Assembly (NCBI GenBank): GCA_965216875.1
Contig: OZ244207.1
Coordinates: 4,032,001-4,096,000, forward strand
Reading direction: 5' to 3'
DNA: 64,000 nt
Source: Rubripirellula sp.
GTDB taxonomy: Bacteria; Planctomycetota; Planctomycetia; Pirellulales; Pirellulaceae
Shown here piece after piece: positions 7,974 through 17,000 of the stretch. The notes beneath the pieces are model-generated. The model was not told where the DNA came from. It made no database searches and worked only from the letters and a program-made list of their open reading frames with translations. The position numbers were made by a program, and so were the translations under genes. Numbering within the stretch: the stretch's first letter is position 1; every line of letters begins with the position of its first letter.

Positions 7974-10025
7974 GTGCTCGCGTCTTTGAATCTGATTGTC
8001 GGTTCTCTGGTTGCCGCTGGCGTGTTGTCAGGCGTTCTTTTTTGGTGGTTCAAGCGAGACTGGTTTGCTGGATTGGGAGTCGCTGCTGCATCCGGCGCCC
8101 TTGCCGGGCTCATCACGCTTACATGGCCCGACCCTGGCCCTCTGGACGTAGAAGGCCAGCGGGAGGCGGCGCACCTGGATACTCGCAATCTCAGAGCGAA
8201 ACCGAACCAGTCCGACTTGGCTGACCAAAGGGCCGACCAAGAACGTCAACGGCGGTTGATGTTGGCGAGCGTCGAGACGTACGCCCCCTACCGGCCAGCC
8301 GAAAAACCGAGCGCGGGATACGTTGCATCGGATGCGTGTCGGGAGTGTCACAAAGAGAACTACGAGACCTGGCACGATTCTTATCATCGCACAATGACAC
8401 AAGTCGCCACTCCCGATGCGGTCTATGCGAACTTCGACAATCACGAAATCACGCTCCGAGGACGTCACTACCGATTGACGCGCAACGGCGAAGTATGTCA
8501 GGCGGAGATGTTTGACCCCGATTATCCGCCCTCGCCTCAAACGCGAATGAAAGTCCCACTTGTGATGGTCACTGGCTCTCACCACATGCAAGTTTTTTGG
8601 TATCCGGGCTTCGCACCGCGGACTCTCGGTCAATTGCCCATCGTTTACCTGAAAGAAACCCAGCAATGGATTCCGCGTCGTGCTGCGTTCTTGGTGCCAC
8701 CGGACGAGCCGGTTTCGAGTGAGCTTGGGCGTTGGAACGAAGGTTGTTCCAATTGCCATTCAACTCATCGACGCGAGCGTTGGCGCGAGCCCGGCACCTG
8801 GGATACCGAAGTTACAGAGCTTGGCATTTCCTGCGAAGCTTGCCACGGTCCAGGCGAAGAGCACATCGCTCTCCATCGGGCACAGGCGTCAGACATTCGT
8901 AATGACCCAATTATCAACCCAGCTAGTCTTTCACACGTAGCCTCTTCACACACCTGTGGACAATGTCATGGCAAAACATCTCTCAAGACAAGCGGCAGTC
9001 ACCTGAACGAGTCTGGGCACGACTTCCGCCCCGGTGACGACCTGAACGACACGCATCATATTTGGGAGCGTGACAGCAAGGTCGTGCGTGACTTTGTTGC
9101 GTCGATGAATTTTAAAGAGGGAGCCGACGCGGCGCTGCGGCGCGTTTATTGGGACGACGGCAACATACGAGTATCGGGCCGAGAGTTTAACGGCATGGCC
9201 CATTCGGCTTGCTTCCAACGAGGGGAGATTTCATGTCTATCCTGCCACCAAATGCATCAATCTGAATCCGACCAACGCGATCGAATGGAGTGGGCCAACG
9301 ACCAGCTTTCGGTAACCGGTTTGGATGACCATGCTTGCACACAGTGCCACAAAGCAAGCGACTACGGCGAATCGCACACTCACCATGCCGCAGCTTCAGC
9401 TGGCTCACGTTGCTACAACTGCCACATGCCTCATACGAGTTATGGGCTCATCAAAGCGATGCGCAGCCACACGATCACCAGCCCCATCCTGGCAAAAGAC
9501 TTGAAAGTAAAACGCCCCAACGCGTGTAACCTCTGTCACTTGGACCAAACACTACAGTGGACGTCAAACCAGTTATCGAAGTGGTACGGCATCGAAGAGG
9601 TAGCGGATCTTTCCGATGAGCAAAAGACGGTCGCAGCGTCAGTGATTGGACTGCTCAAAGGCGATGCTGGTGAGCGAGCACTTTGGGTTTGTTCGATGGG
9701 TTGGCAACCAGCGCAACAAGCCTCAGGCAACGATTGGATGGCGCCATTCCTAGCCCGACTGATGGTTGACCCCTATCCCGCAGTACGCTTGATGGCGCGT
9801 CGATCTTTACGAACCTTGCCGGGATTGCATGATCTTCAATTCAACGCCGTCGCACCGGAACCAGAACGAGAAAACGTCCTGGCAAGGACGCTCGCGGGTT
9901 GGAGCCACGAAGCTGTCAAAGACAAACGCCCCGCGATCCTGATTGAAGACACCGGACTACAGACCGACCGGATTGAGGCAATGATGAAGCAGCGGGATGA
10001 CACCCGAATCAATCTGCTTGAGTGA
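7974..10025 (+). CDS. Membrane-anchored multiheme (8 CxxCH) c-type cytochrome with C-terminal HEAT-like region
   Basis: CRECH, CSNCH, CEACH, CGQCH, CLSCH, CTQCH, CYNCH, CNLCH; two N-terminal hydrophobic helices; 'DPYPAVRLMARRSL'. Confidence 0.92.
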   Translation: MLASLNLIVGSLVAAGVLSGVLFWWFKRDWFAGLGVAAASGALAGLITLTWPDPGPLDVEGQREAAHLDTRNLRAKPNQSDLADQRADQERQRRLMLASVETYAPYRPAEKPSAGYVASDACRECHKENYETWHDSYHRTMTQVATPDAVYANFDNHEITLRGRHYRLTRNGEVCQAEMFDPDYPPSPQTRMKVPLVMVTGSHHMQVFWYPGFAPRTLGQLPIVYLKETQQWIPRRAAFLVPPDEPVSSELGRWNEGCSNCHSTHRRERWREPGTWDTEVTELGISCEACHGPGEEHIALHRAQASDIRNDPIINPASLSHVASSHTCGQCHGKTSLKTSGSHLNESGHDFRPGDDLNDTHHIWERDSKVVRDFVASMNFKEGADAALRRVYWDDGNIRVSGREFNGMAHSACFQRGEISCLSCHQMHQSESDQRDRMEWANDQLSVTGLDDHACTQCHKASDYGESHTHHAAASAGSRCYNCHMPHTSYGLIKAMRSHTITSPILAKDLKVKRPNACNLCHLDQTLQWTSNQLSKWYGIEEVADLSDEQKTVAASVIGLLKGDAGERALWVCSMGWQPAQQASGNDWMAPFLARLMVDPYPAVRLMARRSLRTLPGLHDLQFNAVAPEPERENVLARTLAGWSHEAVKDKRPAILIEDTGLQTDRIEAMMKQRDDTRINLLE

Positions 10026-10059
10026 TTGGGAGATTTCACGCAACAACCGTGAGCATCCA

Positions 10060-10806
10060 TTACCGGGCGGGTAGACTGCGGATATCGGCGAATTCGCCGC
10101 TCGCAACCAGCCCGGTCAGGCGTTCGATCGCCTCCAAGATCTGCCTGCCCGCGGTGGCGGGATTCGGCATGGCATCGGTGCCGCTGGCTTGTTTGAGCTT
10201 GGCGACGCTGGGAAAAAGTGGGCTCTCGGGCATTGCGCGGATTTGATCCTGCATCCCCGTGTCGATCAAACCGGGAGCCAATGCGCTGAAATGAATCTCT
10301 TCATGCTCCTTGGCGTAGAGTTTCACGAGCATGTTGAGCGCAGCCTTGGAAAGTGAGTAGCCGCCCCAACCACGACTGCCGTTGACCGAGGCCCCCGAGG
10401 AGATGGCGACGACTTGGGCAATTCGCAGGTCGCGGCCAAGCAACAGGTCGAGCAAGACCTTGTTGGCCCAGACGTTCACCTCCATCACGCCCTTCATCAT
10501 CTCGAGCGATTGATCAGGCATGTCGGCGATCTTTCCCAGGATGCCGGCATTGAGGATGACGCAATCGAGTTGATCGCTGTCGCCAAGCAGATTGCCTAGT
10601 GCTGCGTCGCAGGCATCGGCATCGGTCACATCGGCCTTTGAGAAACGAAACCGAGGATGTTCGACGAGATCCGTAGCCGAGCTTCGACCGAGCCCAAGAA
10701 CCGTGTCCCCTCGTTCCAGACAGGCAAGAGCAAGCCCATAACCGAGCCCACGGCTAACACCTGTGATCAAGTATGTCTTATTGTTTGTTGACATCGCAAA
10801 GTTCAC
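10060..10806 (-). CDS. SDR family NAD(P)-dependent oxidoreductase
   Basis: TGVSRGLG, LNAG, ISSGAS, YSLSK, APGLIDTGM. Confidence 0.93.
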   Translation of the reverse strand: MNFAMSTNNKTYLITGVSRGLGYGLALACLERGDTVLGLGRSSATDLVEHPRFRFSKADVTDADACDAALGNLLGDSDQLDCVILNAGILGKIADMPDQSLEMMKGVMEVNVWANKVLLDLLLGRDLRIAQVVAISSGASVNGSRGWGGYSLSKAALNMLVKLYAKEHEEIHFSALAPGLIDTGMQDQIRAMPESPLFPSVAKLKQASGTDAMPNPATAGRQILEAIERLTGLVASGEFADIRSLPAR

Positions 10807-10835
10807 TCACGCTCCTAGGCTGTGATGTTTTGAAT

Positions 10836-10897
10836 GTCGCCTTTCGCTCCGCGAATGTAGCATCCGCAAACGCAACTTTTGCGGAGCAAAAGGCGAC
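10836..10897. repeat. 62-bp palindromic intergenic repeat, copy 1
   Basis: gtcgcctttcgctccgcgaa...ttttgcggagcaaaaggcgac; near-identical reverse-complement copy at 52887-52948. Confidence 0.85.
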
Positions 10898-10923
10898 GAT
10901 ATTGAAGCTCGGCCAACAAAAAA

Positions 10924-13572
10924 TCACTGCCTCTCCCAGACTGCAGGCAGGTTCTTCGATTCCTCTCCGTAGGTTTGCGAGACGATGAATCCGCTGGCTT
11001 GTGACATGTAAAAGATACGTCCGTTGGAAACGACGGCTCCGAGACATTCGCGTGAGTCGATGGCCGGACCGGTCGAAACAAGCTCACCATCCTTCGACAG
11101 GTCGATCATGTCCATGTTCGCGCCCAGGACGTAGGGCTCGGAGAGTGTAAAGCGGCAGCAAGCATAGTTGTGACCGATCGTGGCAATCACTTTCCCCGTA
11201 TCGCGATCGAAAACGTTGCCCACACCGCGGAGCGCATTGGAAAAGAGAAAGTTGTCACCGACCGACACCACATTGAGCGCGGAAGTCACCGGGTCGGACT
11301 GCCAAACAAGCGATCCATCCGTTGCATCGAGGCACCAAACGAAACGATCATTCGCTCCTTGCCGCGCCGCTGCGAATCCGCCGAGATACAGGCGACCATC
11401 GCGGGCACTGAGGGTGCACTTGGACGTGACGTGATACTTGGTGGTTGACCAGATGACGCGTCCCGAGGTGGGATCCATGCAGGCGGTCAGACCGTTGTTT
11501 TCGACCGGGAGACCGCGTCGCCGCTTTTGCTCGGTGTCGTAACCGAAGTAAACCGAGTAGTAGAGTTTTCCATCGAGCATGCAAATGCCGCAATCGTTTC
11601 CACCACGACCATACTCTGAGAAGTCCTTGTGCCAGAGCACCTCGCCAGTGTCGAGGTCCCACGCCCAAACTTGAGGCTTGTGGTCCTTGGGCGTGTAGGG
11701 CGTCGCGTTGGCAAAGATCCAACTCATGACTTCGCGGTCTTCTTCCGTCGGCTTCGGTTCGCCTTTGAAGACGAACGCCTTCTCTGAACCTTGAACGGCG
11801 TATTCACCAGAACCCGATGCGTAGATGGCAACGTTGCCGTGAACGACGGGAGGAAACTGACGACTCCAACCGGGTGAACCGGTAAACGGTGCTTCCCAAA
11901 GCAGACGCCCATTCTTGGCGTCGAGGCAGCGAACACGCGACTGACGAATGCCACCTTGGGGAATCAGCAGCTTTTCCTCGTGGTACAAGGGCGAGGTAAA
12001 CGAGAGATAGACGTGCGGCCAATGTCGACGCCAAAGTAGACGCCCTGTGTCCTGTTCCACCGCCATCACCTGGCCTTCGGCTGTGTGTAAGTACATTCTG
12101 CCGCCACCACAAACGGGCAAGTGCTTGACGGTGCCTTCGAGTCGCCTTGCCCAGCGCATGCGAAGCGGCGGTTTCAATTTCTGATCGTTGGCATTGGTTC
12201 CTTGAAAGTCACCGTAGTTCGAATACCAATTGAACGCTTCCCCAGCCATCGGCCCGGTCATCGGACTGCGGATTTCGGTCACCTTGAGATCTTTCTCGGG
12301 AAGCGATGCTCTTCCGTTGGGCCCAAAGATGTAAAGATAACCATCCTCGCATGCCGCGTAGACTCGTTCGTTGGCAACCGCGAGGGGCGCGGTGATCGGA
12401 GCGCTGCCTGCAGTCGCGAATGATCGCTTCGGTCCGCCATCGAGGGAGACAACGTGCAGTCTTCCATCCAAACCGCCATAGACCGCATGCTCGCTGGTGA
12501 CGATCGGCGGACTGATCGAAGGTGCCTCACAAAGCACATCGGTTTGATCGTTATTCAATGAGTGCCGGCAGAGCCCAAAGCCATGTTCAGGGCGCGTACG
12601 ATAAACCGCGTCATCGCCGACGGCGACGCTGGCAAACCCAAGCAGACCAGGAAGGTTGATCGCAGTCTCGGTGCCGCCAACGTGCCCCGCGATCACCTCA
12701 TCGCCATCGAGCCGCATCGTCTCGACACGGCCCGCGTTGTCGCGCCGGTGCCACTGGACGTAAACGTTGCCCGCTCCGTCCGCGCTCTGCCCGAACGTTG
12801 CGGGGTACTCACGTCCAGCGTATTGGGGCACTTCGCCAACGGCGCGCAACTTCGGTCCCTGTTCGGTGTCTTCAACAAACACAGTCCTGCCACCAGCGGG
12901 CATGACCACCGTGTTGCCAACCAAACTGATGTCGCGCGAACAAACGAAGTGATCCTTCCAGTTGACTCGCTCGCCACGAAACTTGACCCAATCGGCACCG
13001 AGCCACCGATCGCCTTTGAAACCAATGACCTCTTCGACAAAGTCCCAGGTCCAACTCTGTTTACCATCCGGTTCCACGGCGTAGATGCGAGCACCAAGCG
13101 TGGCAAAGAAGACCCGTCGATCGCCGACAGCGGGTGCAGAAAAGATCGGCTCGCCGCAATCGATTTCAGCCACGACGTTTCCGGTCGCGACGTCGAAGAC
13201 GTAGTAGTAACCAGCCGTTGTTCCGACATGCAGATAGTTGCCAACCACCGCGGGAGTCGACACGTTGTTGCAGTTGCCCTTGCCGCCGCGGGTGGCATAT
13301 GTCCAAAACACTTCGTGTGACGTTTCATCGATCGCGGTCACCACCCCCGACCCATCGACCACGAACACCCGCCCCTCCGCGATCACCGGCGCAGCAAAGA
13401 TTGCATCGGTGGTCGGAACAGCGGCAAGCAGGCCGAGATCATCAGCGACCACCATCTCACGAGCGTCCCCCGAACGCATCGCGTTTCCTTGAAGCTGCTC
13501 CCACTGAGCCGCCGCATTCGAGGCGATCATCAATACGATCGCGTCTACGAAAAGAGGTCTCATGTTTTTCAT
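10924..13572 (-). CDS. PQQ-binding-like beta-propeller repeat protein (two propellers, BamB-like)
   Basis: Signal peptide (...SNAAA-QW), 'WEQLQGNAMRSG', repeated AxDxxTG..W motifs, second unit 'WYSNYGDFQGTN...PPLRMRW'. Start trimmed from the ORF track's 14148. Confidence 0.85.
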   Translation of the reverse strand: MKNMRPLFVDAIVLMIASNAAAQWEQLQGNAMRSGDAREMVVADDLGLLAAVPTTDAIFAAPVIAEGRVFVVDGSGVVTAIDETSHEVFWTYATRGGKGNCNNVSTPAVVGNYLHVGTTAGYYYVFDVATGNVVAEIDCGEPIFSAPAVGDRRVFFATLGARIYAVEPDGKQSWTWDFVEEVIGFKGDRWLGADWVKFRGERVNWKDHFVCSRDISLVGNTVVMPAGGRTVFVEDTEQGPKLRAVGEVPQYAGREYPATFGQSADGAGNVYVQWHRRDNAGRVETMRLDGDEVIAGHVGGTETAINLPGLLGFASVAVGDDAVYRTRPEHGFGLCRHSLNNDQTDVLCEAPSISPPIVTSEHAVYGGLDGRLHVVSLDGGPKRSFATAGSAPITAPLAVANERVYAACEDGYLYIFGPNGRASLPEKDLKVTEIRSPMTGPMAGEAFNWYSNYGDFQGTNANDQKLKPPLRMRWARRLEGTVKHLPVCGGGRMYLHTAEGQVMAVEQDTGRLLWRRHWPHVYLSFTSPLYHEEKLLIPQGGIRQSRVRCLDAKNGRLLWEAPFTGSPGWSRQFPPVVHGNVAIYASGSGEYAVQGSEKAFVFKGEPKPTEEDREVMSWIFANATPYTPKDHKPQVWAWDLDTGEVLWHKDFSEYGRGGNDCGICMLDGKLYYSVYFGYDTEQKRRRGLPVENNGLTACMDPTSGRVIWSTTKYHVTSKCTLSARDGRLYLGGFAAARQGANDRFVWCLDATDGSLVWQSDPVTSALNVVSVGDNFLFSNALRGVGNVFDRDTGKVIATIGHNYACCRFTLSEPYVLGANMDMIDLSKDGELVSTGPAIDSRECLGAVVSNGRIFYMSQASGFIVSQTYGEESKNLPAVWERQ

Positions 13573-14079
13573 GATTTTGATCACCATGCAGTCCAGTCGG
13601 ATGCTCGTGGAGATTGTGGATCCCTGTTCAACACCTGACCTGAACGGAGACGCGTTCGATTCTAGCAAAGCCCTCGAGCCCCAACTTGTCCGCCGGCACG
13701 CGAGGCGATTTTCAATCACCATGCCGCTACCAGCAGAATGACCGGAAAGTGCAGGGCATAAGCGAAGCTTGTAACGAGGCGTCAACAAACGGAACAAAGT
13801 TTCAGTGGCCGATGGACTGTTTCTGTGTTTTTGCACGCAATCGCAGCCCAGAGACGTTACTTGGGAACGACGATGAGGTAGCGTGGGCGTTGGGGCGTTC
13901 CGATGACGCGGATCGAGAGCATGTGATCGAACGTTGTGGCCGCCCAATGCAAATGTCTTCATTCGAGAGACCGCTGTTGTTTTGTGTTCGATCGAAAAGA
14001 ACAGCCGTGTCCCACTCGCTTTGCGATTACACCGTAACGAAACGACTGTGCAGACTTTTTGGCATCTTGGGGTCATCCT

Positions 14080-17000
14080 ATGTTTGGAAGAGATGAAATC
14101 CGGAAACGATCCTCGCGTACAAGTCGATCTTCTCGCTCGCGACAGCAACGACGACAGTATCGACGCATGCAGCTTGGGATTGAGATTCTGGAGTCTCGAC
14201 GCATGCTAGCTTGGTCATTCGATGGATTCGAACAGAACATCGGCCAGCACTCGGAAGGGGATTTCCTGTTCTATGGTGATGGCCATCGCACCTCGATCGA
14301 CAATGGAACACTGACATCCGTTTCGAATGCTGGGTCGAGCTCTCCACTGGTGATCACCTTGCTCGATGCCGATCCGAATGCGGAGGCAACAGGAGTTGAT
14401 GAACGCGATTTCATCACCAACTACTACTTCGGCAACAATTCAAGTCAATGGTATGAACGTGTGCCTTGGCACCGTGCGGTGCGTTACGACGACATCTTGA
14501 GCGGAGTGGACCAGTGGATTCACAAATCGAATTCTGGCCGTGCGGAATACACGTTCGTGGTAGCTGCAGGAAGTGACCCCGATTCGATCCAACTGGAGAT
14601 CGCGGGCGCAGATAGCTTGGCGCTTGATACGAACGGGAATCTCGTTGCGACTCAAGGCGCCCATACTTTCGTGCAGGAGGCTCCGATCGCGTTTCAGTTG
14701 GATGACGAAGGAAATCAACTGTCTGTCTCTGCGCAGTTTGTATTGACCGGTGATTTCACGTTCGCATTTGACATCGGCGTGTATGATGTGAACCGCGATC
14801 TGACCATCGACCCAACCTTCTTCTGGGCCTCGACACGAGGCGGTGGTACCTCGAGTGATTCCATCGAAGCAATGACAGCCGATCTGGTCGGCCATACGTG
14901 GTCGACCGGCACGACACGATCAGTGAAAGTCCCCATTTCCGTGGGCGACTCAAGTCCTGCGGCAAGCACAGAAGTGTTCGTGGTCAAACGGGATCCGTTT
15001 GGAACCGATCTTGGCGCAACGTTCGTCGGTGGCTCCAACGCAGAAAGCGGATCGGGGATTGTTCGTGACGATGATGGCAATGTCTACGTGACCGGTTGGA
15101 CACAGTCGACGAACTTTCCAACCCGCTCTGCATCACAGACGTCACTCGGTGGACTGACCGATGCATTCCTACTTCGTTTAAACGATGATCTGACAATCGA
15201 CTGGTCAACCTACTGGGGCGGCACAGGTTTCGAGCGAGGAAACGACGTCGCTGTCGATGCCGGAAACAACCTGTTTGTATCGGGCACAACAGGGTCGACG
15301 GACTTCCCACTTGTTGGATCGACCACCGAACCTGCCGGTGGATCTGACGCATTCGTGATGCGTGTGTTGCCCGATGGACAGATCGCGACCTCACGAACGA
15401 TCGGAGGATCCAGCAGTGATTTCGGAAAGGGGATCGCCGTCGCGCCAGATCAATCGGTGGTCTTGGTCGGCGATACGAGTTCGATGAATTACCCCACCAC
15501 TCCGGGCGTTGTGCAACGAGAACATGGTGGGCAAAACGACCTCTATGTCACCATCTTTTCGAATGATCTCGGAGAGGTTTTGCGGTCCACCTATTCTGGC
15601 GATGACGGACACGAAGTCAGCAGCGACGTCGCGATCCAAAGCAGTGGTGTGATTGCAATCGTTGGGACCGACGGAAAGGTCGGGGATTCGAATCCAGTCA
15701 ACGGTGACATGGCTATCTATTTGATCGATTCGACACTCGCGACGCCCGCAACGACAAGGCGGATTGGAGGCTTCGCCCGCGACAATGGCCATGCGATCAC
15801 GGTCGATACCGAGGACAATCTGCATGCCGTCGGAACGGCACAAGCTGGAAGTAACGAGTTCAGTGACGTCAACTGGACGCCGCCTGGCACCAGTGCTGGG
15901 ATCGACGGGATCTATGCGATGCTGGATCCGCAAGGCACGATCCTTACCGCTGGACGCTATGGCGGCATCGGTGACGACGAAGGCAACGCGGTCGCCGTCG
16001 ATTTCTCCGGGCATGTTTACGTTGGCGGCAGCACCGACAGCGAAACATTCCCGCTCGGACAGGGCGATGATTTGCAGGTCGGCGGTGGCGACTTCTACAT
16101 CGCAAATTTCCTGCCCGAGAATCGGGACATGACATGGCAGCAACTGCAACAGCGAGCACTTCTGCGCAAGCAACAGCCCTATGCCCGTTTCAACCCGCCC
16201 CCCAATCCGATCATCGATTTCCCCGCCGTCACGAACCTCGATGAGGCATCGATCTCCTACACCGGACTGATCCCCTTCGAGGATCTGTTTGTCGATGGTC
16301 GGGTCCGGCTTCACGACACGAAGCTTCACTTCGATCTCTTCACCGATTTGGAATCCAACGGAAGCTATCAGCATCGTACATGGGATGAAACCCATGCCGA
16401 TTACAGCAACACCCCCGTCGACCCAGCCGACATTGGTTTGTCCGGAAAAGTGATTGCACGTATCTCGGCCGGACTCACTTCCACCTTCCAAACCTCGTAC
16501 ACGATCGTCGGAAACGGCTACGCGCGATATCAGGGCGCGCCGCCGATGAAGGAAGGGGCGTCGCATCGTACCGCTGGTCTTTTTGATGTTTTCGATTCTG
16601 ACGAAAAGTTCGCGTCGATCTCCGAAGCGTATGTCCGCGTGATCCCCGGAACCGATCAGCTTGAACTGATGTTGCTGATCGACAATGACTTCTACGTGAT
16701 GGCACAGCGCCAAGTCTTTACTCCCGGTGATGTTGCATCGCTCATGGTCGAAAACGTCATCCTGCCACGCATGGACATCGACCCAGCATTGCACCCCGAA
16801 TCAGGCCCCGGAGGATTCAGTTCTCTTCACGTCAGGGATGAGGAAGATGGCCCGGGTCAAGAACTGCACGACTCCGATGTCTTTTTTGTCGGGCTTGATC
16901 TCAACGATGATGGCCAGGCGGACGAGCTTGTCACGACACGACTTGTCAATCCAGGTGAGGGCATCATCACCGTCCGGCACTTCGAGGACATGTACGACGG

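Noticed and set aside
13573..14148. ~190-aa N-terminal extension of the propeller protein in the ORF track
   Set aside because: Arg/Ser-rich, non-protein-like, and overlaps the divergent gene start; the signal peptide begins at about 13572.
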